Part shown: positions 47,387-56,653 of the stretch, one piece after another
Position numbering within the stretch: position 1 is the first letter of the stretch
Layout: each line of letters starts with the position of its first letter
NCBI GenBank assembly: GCA_022780025.1
Contig: JALEXS010000022.1
Coordinates: forward strand, 1,256 to 65,255
Reading direction: 5' to 3'
Origin: Mollicutes bacterium
GTDB lineage: Bacteria > Bacillota_I > Bacilli_A > RFN20 > CAG-826
Length of the DNA: 64,000 nucleotides
Made by a program: the position numbers and the translations under genes
Notes under the pieces: model-generated
What the model saw: only the letters and a program-made list of their open reading frames with translations
The model's database searches: none
What the model was told of the DNA's origin: nothing

Positions 47387-48031
47387 TTATTCAATAATCA
47401 TTTCGTTATTTATAGCACACTTAATCAATTTATTCCATTCTTCTAAACTTATTTTTGAAGACATTTTAGGTAATTCATTTACATCGAAGAACTTAACATC
47501 ATCAGTTTCATATTCATGTTCATTGAATTTTGAAGCTAAATCAGCTCTGACTAATAATAAATATTCAGGTACAGTTCTTCTTTCTTGAGCACCAATAATT
47601 TGCTTAAATGGTGTTCTATTAAATAAACCTAAAAATCTAATATTTTTAACAAGTACTCCAGCTTCTTGCATACATTCATTTTCAATTGCTTCCTTAGGTG
47701 AATCATATAAATCACACCACCCACCAGGTAAAGAATACCCATGATCTATAACTTCTCTAACGAGTAATATTTCACCTTTTTTATTAAAAATAGCAACTCT
47801 TATAGAAATATTTGGGGTTGGATAAATATTTCTTTGAAAATAATTTTGACGGTCAAACTTTAAATGTTCGAAATTTTCAAGCATTTTCATAGTTAACTCT
47901 TGAACTTGCTTATAATTACTCAATGCATATTCATCTTTAGAATATACTAAACCAATTTTAGCAATAGAAAGCATTTTAATAAGATAATTATAAAATTCTT
48001 GATATTTATCTAAAAATTCATCATTATTCAT
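47387..48031 (-). CDS. NUDIX hydrolase.
   Basis: Nudix box PGGWCDLYDSPKEAIENECMQEAGV. Confidence 0.75.
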   Translation of the reverse strand: MNNDEFLDKYQEFYNYLIKMLSIAKIGLVYSKDEYALSNYKQVQELTMKMLENFEHLKFDRQNYFQRNIYPTPNISIRVAIFNKKGEILLVREVIDHGYSLPGGWCDLYDSPKEAIENECMQEAGVLVKNIRFLGLFNRTPFKQIIGAQERRTVPEYLLLVRADLASKFNEHEYETDDVKFFDVNELPKMSSKISLEEWNKLIKCAINNEMIIE

Positions 48032-48033
48032 AC

Positions 48034-48831
48034 TTATTCGTTAGTATCAGTTTCCGCCATAATATTTTGGAATGCTTTATAGAAATTATCAGGAGCATAA
48101 CTTTCTAAATTGCCATTATAAGCTATCGAAATACGTCCAGTTTCTTCACTAACAACAACTGTAACAGCATCGCTAACTTCACTAATTCCAATAGCAGCAC
48201 GATGTCTTGAACCATATTTACCAGTTAAAGGCTTAGTTGTCGGAGTATAATAAACACTAGCAGCTATTATAGTATCTCCTTTAATAACTACAGCTCCATC
48301 ATGAAGTCTAGTTCCTGGATAAAAAATAGTAATTAGTAATTCATAAGTAACAGGTGCATATAAATATGAACCATTTTTCATAATAGATTTTAATTGATCT
48401 TTTCTTTCGAATGTAATTAAAGCACCTATTTTATTCTTACTTAAATATAAAACAGTCTCATTAATTGTTTTATATAAACTATCATGATCAAATATCTTTT
48501 CAACTCTTTGATTCTTTTTAGCAAAAATTGACGCCTTTTTTTGCTTTCCAATATTAACAAATATTGATCTTACTTCAGCCATATTAACAATAAGAATAAA
48601 TAAAGATAAAATGAGTAAAATTCCTAATGTAACATAACATGCAACATTCATTCCGAATAAGCTAAAAACAATAAATAAAGAACTTAAACCAGCAATAATT
48701 CCAATTGCAATTTTTCTTCTTACAAAATAAAAAATAAAAAGATTTAAAATAATAACTAAGATGGTTGAAAATAAAAAATCTATAAGTGTCAATGTAGAAT
48801 AGTTAGTTATCAAACTCTCAAATAATATCAT
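48034..48831 (-). CDS. cdaA: Diadenylate cyclase CdaA (c-di-AMP synthase), membrane-anchored.
   Basis: Three N-terminal TM helices. DAC-domain motifs LHDGAVVI, GSRHRAAIG and SEETGRIS. Confidence 0.8.
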   Translation of the reverse strand: MILFESLITNYSTLTLIDFLFSTILVIILNLFIFYFVRRKIAIGIIAGLSSLFIVFSLFGMNVACYVTLGILLILSLFILIVNMAEVRSIFVNIGKQKKASIFAKKNQRVEKIFDHDSLYKTINETVLYLSKNKIGALITFERKDQLKSIMKNGSYLYAPVTYELLITIFYPGTRLHDGAVVIKGDTIIAASVYYTPTTKPLTGKYGSRHRAAIGISEVSDAVTVVVSEETGRISIAYNGNLESYAPDNFYKAFQNIMAETDTNE

Positions 48832-49075
48832 TTCTTAAATCCTCTTTTATTATTATAAATTATTATAAATGAAAAACATAATAAATATTCATTTATTATC
48901 ATCAAATTTTAAAATTTTCATAATATTGTCATTACTAGATAAACTCATTTAGATAATGAAAATATCTAGTTATAGAAATATCATACAATATTTTTGTTTT
49001 TATACAAAAAATCAATTTCTAATAAAATAATTAATTTCTAAGGGTTTATTACAAAAAATAAGCCTTTTAAAACTA

Positions 49076-49780
49076 CTAGAAATCTACTTTTTCAAGTTCT
49101 TTATAAGAAATTTTATAGGTTAATAAATGTAAGAAAGCAGATATCAAAATTGCTACTAAAAGTATAATGAATTGAATTAATAAGTGTAAATTATTTATAA
49201 ATTCTAATCCTGGAATATAAGGCAAAGCAATCGTAAACACACCAATAAAAATTATAAAAGCAATGATTGTAAATAATGTCGACATAACAATGGATTTTCC
49301 CTTTCTATAATAGATTGGAAAAAATATTAAATCACATACTGCAAAACTAATAATTGCAATCGCTAAAATTAAAACAAAACTATTATAACCAAGCCCTGGA
49401 ATAGTTGAATCTTGAATAATCTCTCCTGAAGCTCTAGCTATCTCATTAGCTTCTAAAATCATTTTGTTAATATAAATAGCAAAAGGAAGTAACAAACTCA
49501 TCATTATCATACAAACAATTTGCATAAATAAAACAGTGAAAATCCTTGCTAAAACCACATCTTTTTTACGAATTGGTAGCAAAACAGAATATAATAAGTC
49601 ATTACTTTGTTGGCCTTTATTTGCGCCTAAAAATAAAATAGGATAACAAGTTATTACATATATAAATCCAACTGCTAAAGGATAAGAAGGAATTAATATT
49701 AAAAACGGAAATAAAAATATAAATACATAGCAAATAGGATGCATTGCTAATCTAAATTCTTTATAAATCAATGCTTTCAT
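49076..49780 (-). CDS. ABC-2-type transporter permease.
   Basis: 6-TM hydrophobic protein. Its start overlaps the ATPase stop. Confidence 0.5.
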   Translation of the reverse strand: MKALIYKEFRLAMHPICYVFIFLFPFLILIPSYPLAVGFIYVITCYPILFLGANKGQQSNDLLYSVLLPIRKKDVVLARIFTVLFMQIVCMIMMSLLLPFAIYINKMILEANEIARASGEIIQDSTIPGLGYNSFVLILAIAIISFAVCDLIFFPIYYRKGKSIVMSTLFTIIAFIIFIGVFTIALPYIPGLEFINNLHLLIQFIILLVAILISAFLHLLTYKISYKELEKVDF

Positions 49781-50633
49781 TATTAGTTTTACCCCTTTCT
49801 AAAAAAACCATAGCTTCCTCTAAATCAGGTTCTTTTAATTCAATATTGTTATCAATAAATTTATCTTTATTATTAGCAAAAATAAGGCCTTCAATATGAT
49901 CATTAAATTCTTTATACGATATATAATTGTTGATCAAATCTTTATTATTAGTTTTATCATTAACAAATAAATACGAATTAATAAAATCTTTTTTATTACC
50001 AGTATAAATGATAGAACCATTATGAATATAAGTAATAGAATTCGCACATTTATCTAAATCACTAGTAATATGAGTAGAAAATAAAATAGATCTATCCTTA
50101 TTTTTAACAATATTTCTAAAAATATCTAAAATTTCATCTCTAGATACAGGATCAAGACCTGAAGTTGGCTCATCTAATATCAATAAATCTGCATGATGAG
50201 ATAAAGCAATAGCTAAAGAATATTTAACCTTCATACCACTACTTAATTCTTCTAATTTCTTATTAATATCAAGGTTAAATAATTCACATAATTTATTAAA
50301 TTTATCTTGATCAAATTCTTTATAAAATCTTTTAGTAACATTCATCAATTGTTTAATAGTCTTATTTGGATAATAATTTAATTCACTTAAAGCAAAGCCA
50401 ATTCTTTGCTTACATTCAAGTTCATTAGTTTTCATATCTTTATCAAAAACATAAATACTACCGCTTTCGTAATGAACTAAATTCATAATACATTTTAAAG
50501 TAGTTGTCTTTCCTGCACCATTTCTACCAATAAAACCCATTATTTCACCAGGTAAAACCTCAAAAGATATATCTTTTAAAGAAAATTTAGGATATTTCTT
50601 ATTAATATTATTAATTTTAAGCATTGTTTCCAT
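49761..50633 (-). CDS. ABC transporter ATP-binding protein.
   Basis: Walker A GRNGAGKTT, signature LSSGMKVKYSLAIAL, Walker B LLILDEPTSGLD. Confidence 0.8.
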   Translation of the reverse strand: METMLKINNINKKYPKFSLKDISFEVLPGEIMGFIGRNGAGKTTTLKCIMNLVHYESGSIYVFDKDMKTNELECKQRIGFALSELNYYPNKTIKQLMNVTKRFYKEFDQDKFNKLCELFNLDINKKLEELSSGMKVKYSLAIALSHHADLLILDEPTSGLDPVSRDEILDIFRNIVKNKDRSILFSTHITSDLDKCANSITYIHNGSIIYTGNKKDFINSYLFVNDKTNNKDLINNYISYKEFNDHIEGLIFANNKDKFIDNNIELKEPDLEEAMVFLERGKTNNESIDL

Positions 50634-50634
50634 A

Positions 50635-50829
50635 TTATTTATTCCCCATCAATGAATAAAAAATATCTGCTTTAACTAAAGCTAATCCTTTTTCTTTATC
50701 ACCTAATACCATTAAAGTATCACCTTCTTTAATATCAAACATATTTCTAGCTTCTTTAGGAATAGTAATTTGACCTTTAGGACCTACTTTAACACTTACA
50801 ATAAAGCGATTCTCTTCTACTTTCTCCAT
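50635..50829 (-). CDS. AbrB/MazE-family (SpoVT-AbrB swapped-hairpin) DNA-binding protein, first gene of the ABC-2 operon.
   Basis: VSVKVGPKGQITIPKEARNMFDIKEGDTLMVL matches the AbrB-domain pattern. Confidence 0.5.
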   Translation of the reverse strand: MEKVEENRFIVSVKVGPKGQITIPKEARNMFDIKEGDTLMVLGDKEKGLALVKADIFYSLMGNK

Positions 50830-50946
50830 ATTCTTACTTTTCTAACCTTTCTTATTAATTATACCATTTTATAAGGCATAGTAAAGTAATTTACAATAAA
50901 ATTTTAAAGTAAAACTAGTAACTATTTTTATAATAATATATAAATT

Positions 50947-52162
50947 TTAATCAATTAATTTAATAGAAATATTATCATCTTTTATAAGCAATTTTTTATA
51001 AAAATTATCAATCAATATAGCACCTAATGGAGCAGTTATCAAAATAGATACTACAGCTGCAGTAAGTATCAATGTTCCACAAGCTAATCCTTCAGTTAAA
51101 GCAATCGCACCTATTGAAGCTTGAACTGTAGCTTTAGGTAAATACGAAATAATAGTAAATATTTTCTCTTTCCAAGTAAATTTAGTAGCAATTAAACAAA
51201 TAAAAACACCAATACTTCTAAATATTAAAGCAATTAATACTAATCCAATAATTATTAAACCCTCTTTAGAAAAAGCATAATAGACATTAGTTGCAATACC
51301 AACTAACGTAAAAAGAAGTATTTCAAAAACTTGCCATAATCCATTATAAGTTTTTTGAATTTCTCTAGATTCTTCTTTATTAAATATATTAATAATGAAA
51401 GCCATAACAATAATACCTAATAAAGAAGATACACTGAAATATGGTTTTAATATATTTTCTAACGCAATCATTCCAAAAGAAAGACCTAACATAAAAATTA
51501 CATTTATTATTTTATTAAAATTTAAATATTTTATAAAAATTATCATTAAAAATCCTGTAATTATCCCTAAAATAACACCAGTAATAATAGAAATTGGTAT
51601 TTGAGAAATACCCCACACATCAACTGTTGATGTAGAAACAAGATTTTTAAATGAATAAAATAAAACAATTACAAATATATCATCAAATGATGATCCAGCC
51701 ATAATTAATTCTGGAACACAATGTTCTTTTCCATATCCTTCATCCATTAATTTTATCATCCTTGGAACAACTATCGCTGGAGATACAGCAGCAAGAACTG
51801 ATCCTAATAATAATGCCTCAAAATATGAAATTGATAAAAAGATTGGTGCAAAAATTAAAATTCCTATTATTTCAAAGCAAGCTGGAAGAAAGCACATCAT
51901 AATTGCAGATCTTCCAATCTTTTTTAAATTATTTATATCAAGTGATAAACCTGATCTAGTAAGAATAATAACTAACGCTATTTGTCTTAAAAACGATGAA
52001 ATTGATAATAATGTATCATCAACTATATTTAATAAAGATGGCCCAATTAATATTCCTAGAATAATATACCAAACTAATTTAGGAAGTCTAATTTTCTCAA
52101 AAACAAAACCACCTAATATGCCACCTATTAAAATAATAAATAAGCTTAAAAATATATTCATG
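50947..52162 (-). CDS. Cation:proton antiporter (Na+/H+ exchanger family, CPA/NhaP-like).
   Basis: Start set to the ATG at 52162 (MNIFLSL..., RBS GGAGAT). The track start is a TTG. 11-12 TM segments. Confidence 0.7.
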
Positions 52163-52180
52163 TTATCTCCAATCTGTCGC

Positions 52181-52229
52181 AAAAAAAGCTGACTTTCTAC
52201 GACAAAAAATAATCGTAGACGTCATCAGC
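52181..52229 (-). promoter_or_regulatory. Terminator-like hairpin plus U-run inside the 5' leader of the antiporter gene. Candidate attenuator or second tandem terminator.
   Basis: Minus-strand sense: GCTGAtGACgTCTACGA-loop-TCGTAGAaaGTCAGC followed by TTTTTTT, ending 20 nt before the start codon. Confidence 0.35.
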
Positions 52230-52290
52230 TAAATTGCGGTTTTCTATTATTAGAAGGGAGACATCATTCCCATTAGTTATTCTAGTACTA

Positions 52291-52318
52291 AATAAAAAAA
52301 GTATCAATAATTGATACT
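52291..52318 (-). terminator. Intrinsic terminator at the end of the tRNA cluster.
   Basis: AGTATCAATaaTTGATACT perfect hairpin followed (minus sense) by a T-run. Confidence 0.55.
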
Positions 52319-52330
52319 AAAACTTCTTTT

Positions 52331-52407
52331 TGGTTGCAAGGGATGGATTTGAACCACCGACCTCCGGGTTATGGGCCCGACGAGCTACCAGGCTGCTCTA
52401 CCTTGCG
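52331..52407 (-). tRNA. Initiator tRNA-fMet (anticodon CAT).
   Basis: C1.A72 mismatch, A11:U24, three G:C pairs closing the anticodon stem, and near-identity to the canonical fMet sequence. As read, position 33 is C. Confidence 0.85.
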
Positions 52408-52418
52408 ATATAATTAAA

Positions 52419-52510
52419 TGGCGGAGAAAGAGGGATTCGAACCCTCGCTCGACTTGCATCGACTATCGGTTTTCAAGACCGACCCCTTCAGCCAGCTTGG
52501 GTATTTCTCC
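52419..52510 (-). tRNA. tRNA-Ser (anticodon TGA), type II with a long variable arm.
   Basis: Acceptor GGAGAAA/TTTCTCC, anticodon loop CTTGAAA, 92 nt. Confidence 0.85.
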
Positions 52511-52513
52511 TAA

Positions 52514-52590
52514 TGGTGGACCATCTAGGACTTGAACCCAGAACCTAACCGTTATGAGCGGTTTGCTCTAACCAATTGCGCTAATGGTCC
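52514..52590 (-). tRNA. tRNA with CAT anticodon, probably tRNA-Ile2 (lysidine).
   Basis: GGACCAT...ATGGTCCACCA ends, anticodon loop CTCATAA and T-loop TTCAAGTCC resemble Firmicute tRNA-Ile(CAT). It could alternatively be elongator Met. Confidence 0.65.
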
Positions 52591-52620
52591 GCAAATCGAT
52601 ATTGATTGACTTAATAATTT

Positions 52621-52697
52621 TGGTAGCAGCGGGGGGATTCGAACCCTCGACGCACCGGGTATGAGCCGATTGCTCTAACCAGCTGAGCTACGCTGCC
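52621..52697 (-). tRNA. tRNA with CAT anticodon, probably elongator tRNA-Met.
   Basis: GGCAGCGTAGCTCAGCTGGTTAGAGC...CTCATACCCGG...GCTACCA resembles Bacillus elongator Met. There is one A.C mismatch in the T-stem as folded. Confidence 0.65.
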
Positions 52698-52703
52698 ATT
52701 GAG

Positions 52704-52777
52704 TGGTGGATCCACGGAGAATCGAACTCCGAACTTAAGCTTGCAAAGCTAACGTTATCCCATTTAACTATGGACCC
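52704..52777 (-). tRNA. tRNA-Ala (anticodon TGC).
   Basis: G3.U70 identity pair, anticodon loop TTTGCAA, T-loop AGTTCGATTCT. Confidence 0.85.
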
Positions 52778-53017
52778 ATTAGTTTATCAGTCAATGCTTT
52801 GATATTATAATTTAAAGAAGACACATAATCAAGAATTATTTACTTTTTTTATAAAAAATTTTTTACTCAAGCTTTAGTCCATATTTTAATAAAACCAATA
52901 AAATAATTTTACTTAAAATTATTAGAATTATTTTTTTAATTTTATTTAAATTTTTAAACAATTTTAAACTTAAAAAACTATCTATTTTTTATAAAAACCC
53001 TTTAAAACTCAACTATT

Positions 53018-53057
53018 TAAAAAGAAAAGCAGTGATCAATCACTGCTTCTTTTTTTG
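53018..53057. terminator. Bidirectional intrinsic terminator (downstream of the feo operon).
   Basis: aaaaagaaAAGCAGTGAtcaaTCACTGCTTcttttttt. Confidence 0.55.
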
Positions 53058-53081
53058 GAGAAATATATAAAGTCTTATATA

Positions 53082-53154
53082 AAGTTAACTTTACAATTCA
53101 TAGTATACACTATTAAGTTAACCTAAGTTAACTATAAAGTTAACCAAAGTTAAT
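53082..53154. repeat. Array of five AAGTTAAC-core direct repeats. Four are tandem at 10-12 bp spacing, and they lie between the feo operon stop and its terminator.
   Basis: GTTAAC occurs at 53084, 53117, 53127, 53139 and GTTAAT at 53149 (ttAAGTTAACctAAGTTAACtataAAGTTAACcaAAGTTAATtt). Confidence 0.6.
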
Positions 53155-53341
53155 TTTTCTTACAATTACAATTTTTCTTATATTTTTTATTATAAGCTTT
53201 AACTAGATTTTTACCTTTGCTAGCGCATTCTCCACAATCTGATATAGGAAGTCTTTTTATTTTACGATAAATATAATATCCAATAATGCTACAAACAATA
53301 ATACAAGCTAGAACGATTATTAAAATTTCAATCCGATTCAT
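53150..53341 (-). CDS. FeoB-associated Cys-rich small membrane protein.
   Basis: Single TM plus C-terminal DCGEC...NCNC. It sits immediately downstream of feoB. Confidence 0.6.
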   Translation of the reverse strand: MNRIEILIIVLACIIVCSIIGYYIYRKIKRLPISDCGECASKGKNLVKAYNKKYKKNCNCKKN

Positions 53342-53346
53342 AATTA

Positions 53347-55692
53347 CTATTTAAGAGCTTTCATATCTCTATATTTATTATAACAAACAATACCAACAAC
53401 TGTTCCTGCAATTACTACTGCCCAAATAAAGACTGTCCACCAGTAATCACCAATTGTATAAATCATTGTAGATACTAAATAAGATACAACTACCCAGAAT
53501 AATAAGGTCCATTTTAATGTGCCCTTCTTTAATTCTGCTTTAGCAGTCGCAACAGCAGCAAAGCAAGGAATAGTTAACATATTAAATGCAATAAATGCAA
53601 CAGCACCAGCAACTGAAATGCCTGTATTTTGAATCATTAATGCAACAGCTGAAATTCCACCATCAGCTTCTACATCAATTGCTGCACCTTGGAAGAATGC
53701 TGCTAATACACCTAAAGTAGCAACAACATTTTCTTTAGCAATAAGTCCTGTAATAGCTGCAACAGCAAAGACCCATCCGCCTGCTTTTAATTGAGATCCA
53801 AATCCAAGAGGAGTAAATAAAGGTTGAATTAATTGACCTATATTAGCAAGAATTGAATTTTCAGTTTGTGTTAATCTTCCAGTAATTTCTCCACCTTCAT
53901 AAACATATTTAATAAGTGGTGTATATTGCCATGTAAAGCTTGATAAGAACCAAATAAATATTGTAGATAATAAGATGATTGTAAATGCTTTTTTAACGAA
54001 ATGTTTACATTTATCCCATAAATGAATCATTAATGCTCTAAATTGAGGTAAGTGATATGCAGGAAGTTCCATTATAAATGGAGGTACTTCTCCTCTCATT
54101 GTTGTATTTCTCATAAATAAAACACTACAAATTGCAACTATCATTCCTAATAAATACATTCCTAAAGTTATAAGTTCAGGATTACTAATTTTAAAAGCAC
54201 TAGCTGCTAATCCACCAGCAACTGCAGTTAAAATTGGAAGTTTAGCGCCACAACTAAAGAAAGGAATAACTCTTATAGTTGCAATTCTTTCTTGTTCACT
54301 AGCTAATGTTCTAGTGTTAATTGTAGCAGGAACACTACATCCAAAGCCCATTATCATAGGAATAAATGCTCTTCCTGATAAACCAAATTTTCTAAAAATT
54401 CTATCTAAGATAAAGGCAACACGAGCCATATATCCAGTATCTTCCATTATTGAGAAGAATAAGAATAACCATAAAATTTGAGGTAAGAATCCAAAGACTG
54501 CAAATAATCCGCCTAAAACACCATCACAAACAAAGCTTGTCAATGGAGCGCTAACACCACCTGCAACCATTGCATCATCTATCGAACTTTGAATCCATCC
54601 AGTAATAGAATTTAATAAGTTAGCACTAAATACACCAACAGAATTAATTCCTTTATCTGTCCAGAAAAGTCCTTCAAATGGTGTACCCTCAAAATTCATT
54701 GAGAACTTAACACCCATAGCACCTAAGTAAAATAAATCTTCTGAGAATACAAAATGGAAAATTACAAATAATATAAAGATAAAAATCGGAATTCCAGCCC
54801 ATTTATTAGTTAATACACGGTCAATTTTATCTGATAATGTTAATTTTTTCTTACCTTTATTAACTTTCTCAGCATGAATAACTACTGGTGCAAAATATTT
54901 TGTAATATATTTATAACGATCATCAGCTATAATAGCTTCAAAATCATCACCAAATGTATCATTTTTAAATTGTCCTTTATATTCATCAACCATTTTAACT
55001 AAATCTGGATGATTTTTAGTTTCAATTTCATCATTTTCTACTAATTTAATAGCATGGAATAATGGATTATCTACTCCTTTTCCTCTAAAAGCAATTTCAC
55101 AATCCTTAATCAAATGAATCAAATTACTATCATTTAATACAGTACTTCCTTTTCTAGGAGTATGGCTAGTTTCAATAGCTCTAGTCATCAATTCATCGAG
55201 ATTTTTCTCTTTTAAAGCACTAATACTAACGACAGGAACGCCTAATCCTTTTTCTAATTCATTGGCATTAATTTTATCACCATTCTTTTCAACGATATCC
55301 ATCATATTTAAAGCAACAATAACAGGAACATCCATTTCAAGAATTTGTGTAGTTAAATAAAGATTTCTTTCTAAGTTTGTTGCATCGACAATATTAATTA
55401 CACAATCTGGTTTTTCATCAAGAATAAAGTTTCTTGATACTACTTCTTCCGGTGTATAAGGGGATAATGAATAAATTCCAGGTAAATCAACTATATCAAC
55501 CTTTTCTTTTCCTTTTTTATAAGTACCTTCTCTTTTATCAACTGTAACACCAGGCCAGTTACCAACGTGTGCTGTTGATCCAGTTAAAGAGTTAAATAAA
55601 GTAGTCTTACCACAATTAGGATTACCAGCTAAAGCAAATCTTTTATTAAATTTCTCTTCCATACTAGTTTTCCTTTTCTTCATTAACTTCAA
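53347..55692 (-). CDS. feoB: Ferrous iron transporter FeoB.
   Basis: N-terminal G-domain GNPNCGKTTLFN, DLPG, NMMD, then polytopic permease domains. 781 aa. Confidence 0.9.
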   Translation of the reverse strand: MKLMKKRKTSMEEKFNKRFALAGNPNCGKTTLFNSLTGSTAHVGNWPGVTVDKREGTYKKGKEKVDIVDLPGIYSLSPYTPEEVVSRNFILDEKPDCVINIVDATNLERNLYLTTQILEMDVPVIVALNMMDIVEKNGDKINANELEKGLGVPVVSISALKEKNLDELMTRAIETSHTPRKGSTVLNDSNLIHLIKDCEIAFRGKGVDNPLFHAIKLVENDEIETKNHPDLVKMVDEYKGQFKNDTFGDDFEAIIADDRYKYITKYFAPVVIHAEKVNKGKKKLTLSDKIDRVLTNKWAGIPIFIFILFVIFHFVFSEDLFYLGAMGVKFSMNFEGTPFEGLFWTDKGINSVGVFSANLLNSITGWIQSSIDDAMVAGGVSAPLTSFVCDGVLGGLFAVFGFLPQILWLFLFFSIMEDTGYMARVAFILDRIFRKFGLSGRAFIPMIMGFGCSVPATINTRTLASEQERIATIRVIPFFSCGAKLPILTAVAGGLAASAFKISNPELITLGMYLLGMIVAICSVLFMRNTTMRGEVPPFIMELPAYHLPQFRALMIHLWDKCKHFVKKAFTIILLSTIFIWFLSSFTWQYTPLIKYVYEGGEITGRLTQTENSILANIGQLIQPLFTPLGFGSQLKAGGWVFAVAAITGLIAKENVVATLGVLAAFFQGAAIDVEADGGISAVALMIQNTGISVAGAVAFIAFNMLTIPCFAAVATAKAELKKGTLKWTLLFWVVVSYLVSTMIYTIGDYWWTVFIWAVVIAGTVVGIVCYNKYRDMKALK

Positions 55693-55909
55693 CTGTTACA
55701 TAAATTGCTTCATTTTTTCTTAAAGTTAATTCATATCCTCTTATAGTTATTTCGATTGGATCACCTAAAGGAGCCTTTTTCATAAGAATAACATCTGCTC
55801 CAGGAGTAACGCCCATATCAAATAATCTACGTCTAATTTTTCCTTCTCCTTCAACTTTAACAATATGGCCAGTCTCGCCAACGTTAAAGTCACTTAGCTT
55901 TTTTTGCAT
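55664..55909 (-). CDS. feoA: FeoA-family protein.
   Basis: SH3-like FeoA fold (LSDFNVGETGHIVKVEG...RRRLFDMGVTPGADV). Start set to the ATG at 55909, preceded by GGGAGGAAA. The track's earlier ATG lies inside the RBS. Confidence 0.7.
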   Translation of the reverse strand: MQKKLSDFNVGETGHIVKVEGEGKIRRRLFDMGVTPGADVILMKKAPLGDPIEITIRGYELTLRKNEAIYVTVEVNEEKEN

Positions 55910-55924
55910 CGTATTTCCTCCCAT

Positions 55925-56137
55925 CTAACGAACCAAAATTTTTGTCGCTATATTACTATCTAAAGCAAGTCTTCCATCTTTTACTGCAATTATTACACTA
56001 CCACCTGAACATTCTAAAATTTTAATTTCAGAATCGATGGTAATTCCTAAACTCTCTAAATGTTTTTTTGTTTTATCATCTAACAAGATTTTTATAACTT
56101 TTAGAACAACATTTAATGGTGCAATAATTAATGGCAT
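55925..56137 (-). CDS. feoA: FeoA-family protein (second copy).
   Basis: LKVIKILLDDKTKKHLESLGITIDSEIKIL... is FeoA-like. RBS AAAGGAAGGAAG. It is the first gene of the feo operon. Confidence 0.65.
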   Translation of the reverse strand: MPLIIAPLNVVLKVIKILLDDKTKKHLESLGITIDSEIKILECSGGSVIIAVKDGRLALDSNIATKILVR

Positions 56138-56160
56138 AATAACTTCCTTCCTTTAAATAC

Positions 56161-56230
56161 GTAGTAATTATAGCACTAAGTTAACTAAAGTAAACAAAAA
56201 ATTAATCAAGGTTAACTTTTTAGTAAATTT
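56161..56230. promoter_or_regulatory. feoA / dtxR divergent control region with GTTAACT-N(2-4)-AGTAAA motifs overlapping a putative feo promoter.
   Basis: AGTTAACTaaAGTAAAC (56179-56195) and GGTTAACTttttAGTAAAT (56210-56228). On the minus strand there is a -10 TATAAT (56172-56167) and a -35 TTTACT (56194-56189), with the first GTTAAC inside the spacer. Confidence 0.4.
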
Positions 56231-56271
56231 CTTTATTGATATAAATTAATAAATTAACTAAAATTAACAAT

Positions 56272-56652
56272 ATGGAAGATATTTTAACAAAATCAATCGA
56301 AGATTATTTAGAAGCTATTTACATTTTTGAACTTAAAAACGAATCTCCTGTTCAATCTTTAAAAATAGCGAATTTTTTAAACGTTTCTAAACCTGCAGTC
56401 AATAAAGCTATGAATAGATTAATTGATGATGGTTTTATTGAAAAGAAATTTTATGGATCAATCAGTTTAACTGATAAAGGTCGTGACATAGCTAAAAATG
56501 TTTATAATAAACATTGCACTTTAAAAACCTTTCTATTGAATTTAGGTGTAAGCGCAGAAACAGCTGAAAATGATTGTTGCTTATTAGAACACGTTATTTC
56601 ATTAGAAACTTTTGAAAAAATTAAATTATTTAACGAAAATAAAGGAAAATAG
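56272..56652 (+). CDS. DtxR/MntR-family metal-dependent transcriptional regulator.
   Basis: N-terminal wHTH IEDYLEAIYIFELKNESPVQSLKIANFLNVSKPAVNKAMNRL plus a dimerisation domain. Divergent from the feo operon. Confidence 0.8.
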   Translation: MEDILTKSIEDYLEAIYIFELKNESPVQSLKIANFLNVSKPAVNKAMNRLIDDGFIEKKFYGSISLTDKGRDIAKNVYNKHCTLKTFLLNLGVSAETAENDCCLLEHVISLETFEKIKLFNENKGK

Positions 56653-56653
56653 T

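Noticed and set aside
53082-53154. AAGTTAAC repeat array as a CRISPR array
   Set aside because: The repeats are only ~8 bp with 2-4 bp 'spacers' and there are no cas genes. It is reported instead as a probable protein-binding repeat array.
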